Positions 28,962-38,568 of a stretch of 64,000 bases of DNA are shown here, in pieces. Under the pieces are notes generated by a model. The model did no database searches. It worked only from the letters and a program-made list of their open reading frames with translations, and had not been told where the DNA came from. Numbering within the stretch: position 1 is the stretch's first letter; every line of letters starts with the position of its first letter. Made by a program: the position numbers and the translations under genes. This stretch comes from Escherichia phage RB16, in sequence record NC_014467.1; one strand, given 5' to 3'.

Positions 28962-29627
28962 TTATTTCTCGTTTAGTTTAGTTAAGGTTTGTTTCATTAA
29001 ATTTCGGTATTTTACGATTTCTTCGTCACTGATTTCTACTAATTTTCTGTATGCGTTTAGTTTTTTGCTAAATTCATTCCAGACGAAATCCGTTGCGATT
29101 TCATCGTGTTTATTTATGATGTCTAAAAATGAGTCGAGAATCAAGAATGATTCGTAAGAAATCACTCCAGACTGAACGAGTTTACTGATATAAGAAGTGG
29201 ATGATTTTACGCTATACTGAAACACCGTTGAGAGGGGAATACCTTTCATGCGGGAAAATTCATACAGGTTTTTTACATCGTCCACGAAAATATTATCAAT
29301 TCGTCGCAACTTACCAATGTATTGACGATAAAACACGATCGTATCTTCGTCTATATCCCCAACCCAAAAGTCGGGGTTAGCCACCATGTTGCAGAGTAGT
29401 ATAAGGTAAATTTCCTTGAAAGTAAACCTTTCGGCTAACTTTGTGAAAAAATACCTATCTTTTCTCTTTTGGAACGCTTGTTCAGTGATCTTTATTTCCC
29501 ATTTGTACTTGATCGCGTCATACCTTCCCGCAAAGTGATTTTTCATCACCAGATACAGTTTGTATACCGCAATCGGTTTCAAACGGGAATTAGCGTCTGA
29601 ACTTCCAAACGGGGTTTTAAATTTCAC
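28962..29627 (-). CDS. 59: helicase loader (gp59)
   Basis: 221 aa; resembles T4 gp59 (VYKLYLVMKNH, YFFTKL, LDSFLDIINKHDE). Confidence 0.8.
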   Translation of the reverse strand: MKFKTPFGSSDANSRLKPIAVYKLYLVMKNHFAGRYDAIKYKWEIKITEQAFQKRKDRYFFTKLAERFTFKEIYLILLCNMVANPDFWVGDIDEDTIVFYRQYIGKLRRIDNIFVDDVKNLYEFSRMKGIPLSTVFQYSVKSSTSYISKLVQSGVISYESFLILDSFLDIINKHDEIATDFVWNEFSKKLNAYRKLVEISDEEIVKYRNLMKQTLTKLNEK

Positions 29628-29875
29628 ATGAAATCATCCAGAGTTTGCGTTGTTGTGTGGTCTTTAGCCACAGAAGGACGCAACAAATTATTTTTGATTG
29701 CTTCATCGCTAATCTTGTCAATGATAGCTTTCGGAACAGTTTTATTCAACATGGAATAGTCGATACTATTTTCATCCATCCACTGTAACGTTGCTTCCAT
29801 GTAGGTTGCCCCTTCTGAGGCAACCAGATTTTCGATGTACAAGCCTACTTCGGTTTTATTTCCGATTTCGCTCAT
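29624..29875 (-). CDS. 33: late transcription co-activator (gp33)
   Basis: 83 aa; motifs YMEAT..W..EN and LLRPSV shared with T4 gp33. Confidence 0.65.
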   Translation of the reverse strand: MSEIGNKTEVGLYIENLVASEGATYMEATLQWMDENSIDYSMLNKTVPKAIIDKISDEAIKNNLLRPSVAKDHTTTQTLDDFM

Positions 29876-29876
29876 T

Positions 29877-30140
29877 TTACGCCTTATCGATCACATCGTA
29901 AAGTTCGATCAGTTCGTTGTTTTGTTCTTCGAACTCGGTACGCGCCTGGTTGTGATACAGGTTGAACAGCTTGCTAAACGTTTTACCGTCGATGCCGTAG
30001 TCAGTTTTCGCTTTGGATTTGATATCTTTCAACGTACCCTGATGGATCTCGATCTGGGTTTTCACGTTGGACGCTTCTTTGATCATGTCTTTGATTGCTT
30101 TTGCAATTTCAGGGTTTTCTTGCAGTAATTCAATGCTCAT
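29877..30140 (-). CDS. dsbA: double-stranded DNA-binding protein DsbA
   Basis: 87 aa; resembles T4 DsbA (IKEA.NV..QI..H..TLKDIK..AKT..G.DGK.F.KL). Confidence 0.65.
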   Translation of the reverse strand: MSIELLQENPEIAKAIKDMIKEASNVKTQIEIHQGTLKDIKSKAKTDYGIDGKTFSKLFNLYHNQARTEFEEQNNELIELYDVIDKA

Positions 30141-30148
30141 TTGTTACC

Positions 30149-31084
30149 TCAAAAGTCACTTAATTTTTCAAACATACGGACAAGTTTGTTTTCCATGAAG
30201 TATTTCTCCATTTTAGCCTTGTTGCCCGATTTCGGATTATTGTACGCCTTTTCGATTTCATCTGCAACATCTTTTGGAATAAAATCGAAATCACGTAGTT
30301 CTTCGTTTTCCCTGTACCTTGCGGCCCACTCAGGGGTCATATGGACAGTAGGGTCGTCCGCATCCAGCCACAATTCCAGTTCATTAGCGCGGATTTGCGG
30401 GGCGCGTTCACCTTCAACTTTCGTAACAATATAGTCGTTTCTCATTTTAATACAAGCGATACTATCTTTTTTATCGCCCTTAATGATCTTCATACGTAAA
30501 TCATTACGAGGTGTACCGTATTTCGGCGTAACCCATTTCTTTTGGGTAGGCGACCATTGTCGAACACCCTGATATTTTTGCAGCGCGGTAAAGTCACTAT
30601 CCGCTGATACAATCAGGACTCGCTTACCTTGCGCTACTGCGTTTTTCGTAACGACACCGATAATATCATCGGCTTCTGCGAAGTCAACCCTCAAACCTTT
30701 GTACGGAAGATTCTCGCGGATCTCGTCGTAGGTCGGATGAAGGAAACCGTTCAAAAAATCCCAGTCCCATTCGGATTCCGCGTGTTCCATTTGTCGTTTC
30801 TTTTTGTAGTACCAGGCTTTACTTCTTCGCCAATACTTGTTATCATCAAAGGCCAAGACAATTTCTGGGTACTCACCTTTGAATTTAACCACGTTGTACC
30901 TGATTGTGTCAAGAACAATGTGACGAATAATTTGTTGATTGATGTCTTTCTGGTCTTTCGGCTTGAAGTTGTTCATCAACGTTGCTACCGAAAGGTTTGA
31001 AATATCTATACACATCACATCAACAGGATCATCTTCATTGCTCATTAAACTGTTCAGATTGAACATTGAAGCAAATGAACTCAT
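30149..31084 (-). CDS. rnh: RNase H (FEN-1-like 5'-3' exonuclease)
   Basis: Start placed at MSSFASMF (RBS GAGG); motifs YWRR, EADD, SSDGDF-like, KGDKKD match T4 RNase H. Confidence 0.8.
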   Translation of the reverse strand: MSSFASMFNLNSLMSNEDDPVDVMCIDISNLSVATLMNNFKPKDQKDINQQIIRHIVLDTIRYNVVKFKGEYPEIVLAFDDNKYWRRSKAWYYKKKRQMEHAESEWDWDFLNGFLHPTYDEIRENLPYKGLRVDFAEADDIIGVVTKNAVAQGKRVLIVSADSDFTALQKYQGVRQWSPTQKKWVTPKYGTPRNDLRMKIIKGDKKDSIACIKMRNDYIVTKVEGERAPQIRANELELWLDADDPTVHMTPEWAARYRENEELRDFDFIPKDVADEIEKAYNNPKSGNKAKMEKYFMENKLVRMFEKLSDF

Positions 31085-31406
31085 TTCAATACCTCGTTGT
31101 TGTTGAATGAAGCTGATTATAGTGATCACTTTTTCAAAGTCAATAGATCATTTCAAGATTCTGAGCGAAGCGAAGGACACGAACGAAGTGAGTGTCTAAC
31201 TACATAACTACACTTTTAAATTTTTATATTTTATATATAGAGAAAAATGTAGTTTTTGGTATGTTTTTTAACCAATCTTACCTATCCGTTTCGCTTCGCT
31301 CACGGAAACGCTTCGCGTTGATTTTATTAAATAATATAGATTGGAAGTAGGTTTGAAACCTGTAATTCCATCAGCTATAATGAATGTATTCAATTTGGAG
31401 AATATA

Positions 31407-31922
31407 ATGACTACTAAGATTTATGCAGATAATGATAAGCTGTATCCGGTTATGTGTAAGTGGAAACAGCAGATCCGTGAAACTGGAGATCGCAAAATGC
31501 CTGATGACCTGGGTATTGCAATCATGAACATCGCTCACGGTTTGGCCCGTCGATACAACTTCAACCGTTATTCCGAAGATTGGAAAATGGATATGATCGA
31601 TGATGGTATTTCCGCTACGATTTCCGGTTTACACAACTTTGATGAAACCAAATATACAAACGTTTATGGGTATATCAATAAGGCTTGCTGGCAAGCGTTT
31701 GTAACCCGCATTCTCTACGAAAAGAAAGAGAACGCGAAGAAATACAAATACTTCCTGGAACACGTTTACGATAGTGACGATGCTGATATGACTTCGATAG
31801 CTGATGAAACTTTCATTCAGGATATTCATGATAAATTAAATCAGTATGAAGAGTCCGCGAAAAAACCGAAGGATAAAATCGAGGTTGTGGACGAATCGCC
31901 AACTTTGGAAATGTTTCTATGA
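31407..31922 (+). CDS. 55: late-transcription sigma factor (gp55)
   Basis: Start placed at MTTKIYADND (RBS GGAG); KGLHNFDETKY and DETFIQDI.DK..YEES match T4 gp55. Confidence 0.8.
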   Translation: MTTKIYADNDKLYPVMCKWKQQIRETGDRKMPDDLGIAIMNIAHGLARRYNFNRYSEDWKMDMIDDGISATISGLHNFDETKYTNVYGYINKACWQAFVTRILYEKKENAKKYKYFLEHVYDSDDADMTSIADETFIQDIHDKLNQYEESAKKPKDKIEVVDESPTLEMFL

Positions 31923-32146
31923 AAATTAAAATTGACCTGAACAAAATTTTAGCAGACGCTGAAAACGAAATTGATCTGCTTCCGTACCTCGTGAAATTAG
32001 AGTTGCAGAACGTAGGGGTTCCGGTTATTATCGACCCTACTGATGTACGAGATCCAGACTTTGCTATAGAAAGCGGACGACTGGACTATGTAATAAATGC
32101 CGAAACAATGATCATGGAGATCACTTACTATGACCGAGCAGCATGA
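31919..32146 (+). CDS. hypothetical protein
   Basis: 75 aa; 4-nt overlap coupling with gp55. Confidence 0.4.
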   Translation: MKIKIDLNKILADAENEIDLLPYLVKLELQNVGVPVIIDPTDVRDPDFAIESGRLDYVINAETMIMEITYYDRAA

Positions 32147-32477
32147 AGTATTAGACGAAGTGGCGCACGAGAAAACAGCAACAGAACTTCGTGAAGAAGA
32201 ACTGGAATCCCTGAAAGGTACGCGTGTTGAACAGGAAGCGCTAAGCAAAGCACAGAAGTATATGCGAAAGAACCGCGCTGAATGGAAACGACTTCACAAA
32301 CACGCAGAAAATGCCCTGTTTGATGGTAACAAAGCACAGTATGTGTACGCTATCAAAAAGATGCGTGATATGCTTAAACAGCCATACAACGATGAACTGA
32401 TTGAAACGATGTGGATCACTTCAAATCAACAGCTTAAAGATCTATTCGTAATGGCTTCCGAAAAATACGGCAAATAA
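32130..32477 (+). CDS. hypothetical protein
   Basis: 115 aa; followed by terminator hairpin AACCCCTTCGGGGGTT. Confidence 0.45.
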   Translation: MTEQHEVLDEVAHEKTATELREEELESLKGTRVEQEALSKAQKYMRKNRAEWKRLHKHAENALFDGNKAQYVYAIKKMRDMLKQPYNDELIETMWITSNQQLKDLFVMASEKYGK

Positions 32478-32503
32478 ACCCCTTCGGGGGTTTTGAGGTA
32501 TAT

Positions 32504-33523
32504 ATGAATTATGTGTTAATTGGCGATACACATGCAGGTCTTCGCCAGGATAACCCCTGGAACGAAGATAACCTGTATGAAGTATTCAAACAGATAGTAG
32601 CGTATTGCAAAGAACATGGGATCACTCGCGGTTTCCATGCGGGTGATTTCTTTGATGTTCGAAAAGCAACCACGCAGACAACGATGAATTTCGTTCGTGA
32701 AAAGCTGGTTCCTCTTCTGACTGAGGCTGGGATCGTTATCGATACTTTGGTTGGCAACCACGATTGCCAATTTAAAGACAAAATCCGGCCCAACGCGCCG
32801 CGCGAGATACTCAGTCAGTATGAATGCTTTAATGTCATCGACGAACCGACCACAGTCGATTTAGGCGGTGGAAAATCGATTGACCTGATCCCGTGGATTT
32901 GTCAGGAAAACAGTCATAGGATTTTCGAGTTTATCAAACAGTCAAAATCAAATTTCTGTCTGGGACACTTCGAACTTTCTGGTTACTATTTCTACAAAAA
33001 CAGTAAAGCGGATCACGGGCTTGAACCGGACTTCTTGAAAAAGTATGAACGCGTTTACTCTGGACACTATCACCATGCAAACGAAGGTGATAACGTGTTT
33101 TACATCGGTACACCGCTTACTATGAGCGCCAACGATGAAGACGAAACACGCGGGTTTTATGTGTTCACTGGTACGCCTGAATTAACGTTCATCGCTAACC
33201 CTGTCTGTCATCATCGCCGGATTTCATACCCAGCGCAGAAAGATGTTGATCTTGAACAATTCCGTAACTGTGCGGTACGTCTGATCGTCAGTGAGGTTGA
33301 TTCAAACCTTGCCAAGTTCCAAACCAAAATTGAAGAAATCGCCTACGAAATCAGTATCATTGACAACGTGAAAACTGATTCTGATGTGGATACCGATTTC
33401 GAAATTAAAACGGTTCGTGGGCTTATGGGTGAGTATGTCGCAAACATGCAGATCACCGATGACGAAAAAGAAGACGTTAATCGTATGATTAGCGAACTTT
33501 ACGCCGAGGTGTCTGGTGCATAG
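32504..33523 (+). CDS. 47: recombination endonuclease subunit (gp47, Mre11/SbcD-like)
   Basis: 339 aa; phosphoesterase motifs GDTHAG, GNHD, GHYHH. Confidence 0.85.
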   Translation: MNYVLIGDTHAGLRQDNPWNEDNLYEVFKQIVAYCKEHGITRGFHAGDFFDVRKATTQTTMNFVREKLVPLLTEAGIVIDTLVGNHDCQFKDKIRPNAPREILSQYECFNVIDEPTTVDLGGGKSIDLIPWICQENSHRIFEFIKQSKSNFCLGHFELSGYYFYKNSKADHGLEPDFLKKYERVYSGHYHHANEGDNVFYIGTPLTMSANDEDETRGFYVFTGTPELTFIANPVCHHRRISYPAQKDVDLEQFRNCAVRLIVSEVDSNLAKFQTKIEEIAYEISIIDNVKTDSDVDTDFEIKTVRGLMGEYVANMQITDDEKEDVNRMISELYAEVSGA

Positions 33524-33797
33524 CAGATATGAAAAATATTTCGGTGAGAACCCCCGATATTCTCACCTGTTGCGTATGCTGGGAATGAAACATATCATTG
33601 CCACTTCTGACGAAGCAGGGGAAACCAGCGCAGTTTGTTTGACCATCATGAAGGGTGCATGGCATTCATCACGAACATGGTCAATCTTCATGCTTGATAC
33701 ACTGGACGACGATACGCTATCATATACTATTGATTCATCGGTTGTTCAATTGATCACTGAATTATGTGAACGGATTTTAAATGAAACTAAAAACTAA
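33516..33797 (+). CDS. hypothetical protein (GTG start)
   Basis: 93 aa track ORF beginning on GTG; may be a remnant next to the homing endonuclease insertion. Confidence 0.25.
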   Translation: MHSRYEKYFGENPRYSHLLRMLGMKHIIATSDEAGETSAVCLTIMKGAWHSSRTWSIFMLDTLDDDTLSYTIDSSVVQLITELCERILNETKN

Positions 33798-34311
33798 ATC
33801 ACATGGAGGTGGAAACCGAACAATTGATGATGAAATTTCTTCAATAAATGAACTACTTCCTATGTTGGATGTTGATGTTGTATTAGGAAAGATATACTGG
33901 AAAAACTCACCTCGTAAGAGCGTCCCTGCTGGAACTGAAGCAGGGAGTAAGACAAAACATGGTTACGTTGCTATCGGGTATAAAAAGACGTATTATAGAC
34001 GACATCGAATAATATTTTACGTCGCTAATGGTTATCTTCCTCTCGTAGTAGATCACAAACACGGTGTTGAATCTGGTGATGGAATAGATAACCTGCAAGA
34101 CATCACGCAACAACAAAACTCCGTTAAAATGAGAATGAGTAGAAGGAATTCTTCTGGGTTTAGAGGGGTTTCCTTTCACCAAAAATCAGGAAAATGGCAA
34201 TCATGTATTGTGTATAATAGAAAAACAATATATCTTGGTTTGTATGAAACACCAGAACTTGCACATAGTGCATATACAGACAAGCGAAAAGAATTATTTG
34301 GTGAAATATGA
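33781..34311 (+). CDS. HNH-AP2 homing endonuclease (Mob-like)
   Basis: 176 aa; HNH_3-type core YLPLVVDHKHGVESGDGIDNL and AP2-type DNA-binding region GVSFHQKSGKWQSCI...YLGLYETPELAHSAY; inserted between gp47 and gp46. Confidence 0.7.
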   Translation: MKLKTKSHGGGNRTIDDEISSINELLPMLDVDVVLGKIYWKNSPRKSVPAGTEAGSKTKHGYVAIGYKKTYYRRHRIIFYVANGYLPLVVDHKHGVESGDGIDNLQDITQQQNSVKMRMSRRNSSGFRGVSFHQKSGKWQSCIVYNRKTIYLGLYETPELAHSAYTDKRKELFGEI

Positions 34312-36005
34312 AATTAAATTTCCGTAAAATTAAGTATCAAAACATCTTATCAGTGGGTAATACCCCGATCGAACTTGAATTCGATACTGCAAAGAAAACC
34401 CTGATCACGGGTAAAAATGGTGGTGGTAAATCCACACTGATCGAAGCGTTGACGTATGCTCTTTTTGGTAAATCATTTCGTGATTTAAAAGTCGGGCAAC
34501 TGGTAAACAGTGTCAACAAAAAGAAATGTCTGGTTGAACTGGATATTGAATACGGGAAAGATTCGTACAAAGTCGTTCGCGGACAAAAGCCGAAAGTATT
34601 CGAGATCTGGAAAAACGGTGATAAGTTAGCAGAAGATTCAGCAGCGGGTGATTATCAATCTCAGCTTGAATCCATGCTCAATATTAACCTGGTTGGATTC
34701 AAACAGGTAATCGTGTTGGGTACTGCTGGCTATACTCCATTCATGGAACTGAAAACACCGGATCGCCGTAAACTGGTTGAAGACCTGTTGTCGCTATCGG
34801 TTATCAGTGAAATGGATAAGCTGAACAAATCATATGTCCGTGGTGTTAATCAGCAGTTGGATACCCTGTCAATGCAGGTTAACCACATCCAGCAGCAGAT
34901 CGCTACACACCAGCGCTTCATTGATGAACAGCGAGCTAAAGCGAACCAGAACAACGCACGATACAAAGAGATCTACGATAGCCACGTTGAAACCGCTAAG
35001 AACATCAAAGCACAGCTTATGCAGTTGCAAGCGGAGATCGCAGAAACGGTGATCACTGGTGCAGACCGAACGGAAGATATAAACAAACTCCGTGATGGCT
35101 ATACGCGCCTCTCTATGACTGTAGAACAGTTTAAAAAGCTGGAAGTGATGTATCAGAAAGGTGGTGAGTGTCCGGCCTGTAAACAGGCGATTAAGCCCAC
35201 TCCTGAACGCATGGAAGAGATCGCAAACAACATCAAAGCGGGTACGCAACGATTAACGCTGATCAAAACCAAACAGGACGAGTTGCAAGGCATTATGAAC
35301 GAGTTGCTTCAACAGCAACGCGCACTGAATGCTATGAAAACGAAATACGAAGCCCTGAAAGGTACGCTGCAAAATGAAGTTGCCAACGCTAAACGCGCAC
35401 AAGCGATCATGGAACAGGCAAGCGCGGAAGTTGTTATTGATGAAGAACCTGTTAAGCAGTTACAACAACAGGAAGCAGATCTGAACGATAAACGTCAAGG
35501 ATATGTGAAAGAAAAATATATCCGTGGTATCGTTACAGATATGTTAAAAGATTCTGGTGTAAAAGCCAGCATCGTAAAACGTTATATCCCGTACTTCAAC
35601 AAGCAGATCGCATACTATCTGGATCTGTTGGGCGCTGACTACCAGTTCACTTTAGATGATGAATTCAACGAATCAATCAAATCACTGGGGCGCGATGATT
35701 TTAGTTACGCATCATTTAGCCAGGGTGAACGCGCACGAATCAACCTTGCGTTGCTTATGACCTGGCGTGATGTAACAAGTAAAGTTTCTGGTGTTGATTT
35801 ATCGCTTCTGGTACTAGATGAAATCTTTGATGGTGCAATGGATAAAGAAGGTGGATTTGCAGTCAGAGCATTACTGGATGATATTGAAGGTAATGTTATT
35901 GTAATCAGTCATCAGGATTTAGATCCACAAGAATTTCATCGACATATTGTTATGTCTAAAGTAGGGAGATTCACCAAATGCAAGATAGTAAACAATGATT
36001 ACTAA
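34308..36005 (+). CDS. 46: recombination endonuclease subunit (gp46, Rad50/SbcC-like ATPase)
   Basis: 565 aa; Walker A GKNGGGKST; coiled coil with zinc hook CPACK; Walker B/D-loop LLVLDE. Confidence 0.85.
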   Translation: MKLNFRKIKYQNILSVGNTPIELEFDTAKKTLITGKNGGGKSTLIEALTYALFGKSFRDLKVGQLVNSVNKKKCLVELDIEYGKDSYKVVRGQKPKVFEIWKNGDKLAEDSAAGDYQSQLESMLNINLVGFKQVIVLGTAGYTPFMELKTPDRRKLVEDLLSLSVISEMDKLNKSYVRGVNQQLDTLSMQVNHIQQQIATHQRFIDEQRAKANQNNARYKEIYDSHVETAKNIKAQLMQLQAEIAETVITGADRTEDINKLRDGYTRLSMTVEQFKKLEVMYQKGGECPACKQAIKPTPERMEEIANNIKAGTQRLTLIKTKQDELQGIMNELLQQQRALNAMKTKYEALKGTLQNEVANAKRAQAIMEQASAEVVIDEEPVKQLQQQEADLNDKRQGYVKEKYIRGIVTDMLKDSGVKASIVKRYIPYFNKQIAYYLDLLGADYQFTLDDEFNESIKSLGRDDFSYASFSQGERARINLALLMTWRDVTSKVSGVDLSLLVLDEIFDGAMDKEGGFAVRALLDDIEGNVIVISHQDLDPQEFHRHIVMSKVGRFTKCKIVNNDY

Positions 36006-36570
36006 AAACTGGGACGACGAATTTCAAGCCGAGATTCGTCGTCGGTTTTACCATGTAAACGGGGTTTTGTATCACAAGACGGAGAGTAAACAAACTGCTT
36101 TTTCTCCGGCGGGATACTATTTCAAACCTGGTGATATGGTGAAATGTCACAAAACTAGGAAAAAGACTCCATATTTACAGATTTGTATGCGATATGAAGG
36201 GAAGTCTAACTATCTATACGTACATAGGGTTGTGTGGTTTCTTGAATATGGGTATCAGGTTGATACGATCGACCATATCGATCTAAATCCTTTAAATAAT
36301 GATCCATCGAATCTTAGAGAAGCAAGCACACAGCAGAACCATTACAACAAAAATGGAAAACCTAACACTTCCTCCACTTACAAGGGTGTATCATGGGATA
36401 AATCAACTTGCAAATGGAAAGTGGGTATTCAGCATAATAAGAAAAAGATTCATTTAGGATATTTTGATGATGAAGTCGAAGCGGCTAAGGCATACGATGC
36501 AAAGGCAATTGAAATTGGTGGACAATATGCGAGGTTAAACTTCCATGATTATGTTAGAACGAGAATTTGA
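35995..36570 (+). CDS. HNH-AP2 homing endonuclease (Mob-like)
   Basis: 191 aa; HRVVW...IDHIDLNPLNNDPSNLR HNH_3 motif and AP2-like KGVSWDKSTCKWKVGI...LGYFDDEVEAAKAY. Confidence 0.7.
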   Translation: MITKNWDDEFQAEIRRRFYHVNGVLYHKTESKQTAFSPAGYYFKPGDMVKCHKTRKKTPYLQICMRYEGKSNYLYVHRVVWFLEYGYQVDTIDHIDLNPLNNDPSNLREASTQQNHYNKNGKPNTSSTYKGVSWDKSTCKWKVGIQHNKKKIHLGYFDDEVEAAKAYDAKAIEIGGQYARLNFHDYVRTRI

Positions 36571-36742
36571 ATTGATGACCTCTCCAGAAGCGGAGAGGTT
36601 TTATCTTCATAACGAACTGTTGGAAGAAAAACACGTTGTCTCTATGGAAGATGTCAAAGAAGCCTTTAAAGACAATCAGTTAGAGCTAACGCGAATACTG
36701 AATAATAAATCGTCTATGTGGTTTCTCGAAAAAATCTATTGA
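36545..36742 (+). CDS. hypothetical small protein
   Basis: 65 aa ORF overlapping the end of the endonuclease gene; weak. Confidence 0.25.
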   Translation: MIMLEREFELMTSPEAERFYLHNELLEEKHVVSMEDVKEAFKDNQLELTRILNNKSSMWFLEKIY

Positions 36743-36767
36743 CATCAGAACATAAATACCTTAAAGT

Positions 36768-36800
36768 TGCCCGTGTACTGAGATGCACGGGCTTTTATTT
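36768..36800 (+). terminator. rho-independent terminator (GCCCGTG...CACGGGC + TTTTATTTT)
   Basis: Perfect 7-bp GC stem followed by T-run. Confidence 0.6.
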
Positions 36801-36813
36801 TGAGGAACGGAAA

Positions 36814-38511
36814 ATGATTAACGAAAAAATGACACACCGCGAAGCGTTGGAAATCTTAGGGGCCACGGGTACTGAATCCAAAGCTGAAATGTCCAAACTC
36901 TTCAAACGTGCTTCTCTGCGTAATCACCCCGATCGTGGTGGTAGCACAGAACTCATGCAAAAAATTAACCAGGCATATGACGTAGTAACGAGAACAAACA
37001 GTTCTGGTGAAACTATGATGGATATGCGAGCGCGTCACGCAGCGAATAAAAAAGCGTGGGAAGAAAAACTGGATGCGTATTTTGTTGTTGCTAAGAACTA
37101 TTTCAGCACGAAATTTAACGCACAGGAATTCGCTGAATACTTCACCAAATACACCGGACAGCCGACGACCTTCACACAGGTAGTCAAGAAAGATACAATT
37201 TCCGTATCTGCTGTGTTCCGTTTCACTTCTGGTGATGCTCACTTTGATTTCGCTTTCTACTGCAAGCCAGAAGAAGGTAAAGGTTTGATGTCTCCTGATG
37301 CAAGCGCATTGGGTAGTGTTTCTGTCAATACTCTGGTACTGGTTGGAACCAAAAAACATAAAATGGCAAGCCGTGAATATCAATGGGGCAAAAACCCAGA
37401 TAAGATCACACCGGAAAGCCTGTTCCCGTCCAAGAAACTTGCATCAATTTTCAGCCCGACACAAAAGAACCTCAAGTTCAAACGTGCTGACTATATGACT
37501 TCTTTCCGCAAGCACTTAGACGCAGAAATCAGCGGCAATGATATCTATGTTCCTGTAGGCGACCTGAAAGTTCGTTTCTATCGTCATGTAATGATGCGTA
37601 AAGGTGCGTATGTGTTTAGTGCGGTATACGACCCAGCGGTAAGTAAATTCCGTTCTGCTGCAAACCTTCGCGGTACTATGTTTGAAGACGAAGACGGCGC
37701 ATGTTTGGATATGATTATCGACACTTTCAAAGAAATGCAGAAAGCAAAACCGAACGTTAACGGTATTGTCAGTATCATTGACAAGATGAACGCAGAATTC
37801 GCAGCGGGACACCGTTCAGCATCTTTCGTCAAACGTATGGCACAGCAAGCAGCAGCACCGAAGCCGGAAGAAAAGCCGAAACGCACTGTTAACCGTATCA
37901 GCAAAGATGATTATTTCAACGCATTGAAACAAGCGGGTGCAACATTCCGTAGCAACTACGGTGAGTTTGATAACGGCGCTGGATTGACGTTCCACTTCAA
38001 ACGCGAGATCAGCAACCGTAAAGGCTTCTGGAGTTTCAGCAGTTTTAATTTCATGCACTCCGGTCAAAGTCATGTTGAATGGTTGAAAGATATCGACATT
38101 GACGAAGACAGCAAAGGTGCAAGTATCGGTCTGATGGTTGATACTCTGAAACAGTTGCGTGGTGTTGCTGATTGGTATACTGCAAGAAAGATCCTGGAAG
38201 CGATGCGCGATAACTTCAAAGCTGGTAAGTTCTCCGCACCACACGTTAAGAAAGAAGCCGAACAGAAACGCACTGAGGCGCAAGCTAAGGACGAGTTAGG
38301 CGCACAGCCTACCAAACCCCAGGGAGCGAAGAAAGAAGCCCCAGCAGTTGATAAGGCTCACGAGGCACAGATGGATCGTGAGAAGTCACAGATGAATGCA
38401 ACCATTCGTTCTATGCTCTCTGCCCTGGTTAAAGCCGGACGCAAAGACACGCCGGAAGAAATTAAAAAAGCAGTCGATGAAGCAATCGCTCTTTGGCGCT
38501 TGAAACACTAA
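36814..38511 (+). CDS. J-domain (DnaJ-like) protein, about 566 aa
   Basis: Start placed at MINEKMTHREALEILG (RBS GAGGAA); canonical J-domain with HPD motif (LRNHPDRGGSTELMQKINQAYDVV); the remaining ~490 aa have no recognised domain. Confidence 0.6.
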   Translation: MINEKMTHREALEILGATGTESKAEMSKLFKRASLRNHPDRGGSTELMQKINQAYDVVTRTNSSGETMMDMRARHAANKKAWEEKLDAYFVVAKNYFSTKFNAQEFAEYFTKYTGQPTTFTQVVKKDTISVSAVFRFTSGDAHFDFAFYCKPEEGKGLMSPDASALGSVSVNTLVLVGTKKHKMASREYQWGKNPDKITPESLFPSKKLASIFSPTQKNLKFKRADYMTSFRKHLDAEISGNDIYVPVGDLKVRFYRHVMMRKGAYVFSAVYDPAVSKFRSAANLRGTMFEDEDGACLDMIIDTFKEMQKAKPNVNGIVSIIDKMNAEFAAGHRSASFVKRMAQQAAAPKPEEKPKRTVNRISKDDYFNALKQAGATFRSNYGEFDNGAGLTFHFKREISNRKGFWSFSSFNFMHSGQSHVEWLKDIDIDEDSKGASIGLMVDTLKQLRGVADWYTARKILEAMRDNFKAGKFSAPHVKKEAEQKRTEAQAKDELGAQPTKPQGAKKEAPAVDKAHEAQMDREKSQMNATIRSMLSALVKAGRKDTPEEIKKAVDEAIALWRLKH

Positions 38512-38527
38512 CTGGTTATGCTATAAT
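38500..38527 (+). promoter_or_regulatory. sigma70-like promoter with extended -10: TTGAAA, 16-bp spacer, TGcTATAAT, overlapping the terminator hairpin 38528-38557
   Basis: Near-consensus hexamers; hairpin GGGAACTG...CAGTTCCC + TTTTTT directly downstream. Confidence 0.5.
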
Positions 38528-38568
38528 GGGAACTGTTGAAAAGCAGTTCCCTTTTTTATGAGGTGAGT

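Noticed and set aside
37516-38315. Several 81-155 aa ORFs antisense to the J-domain gene, and similar antisense ORFs inside rIIA, gp43, gp46, nrdA and gp29
   Set aside because: They are fully nested antisense to long ORFs with strong motif support, have no RBS or promoter signals and look compositionally biased; treated as frame artefacts.
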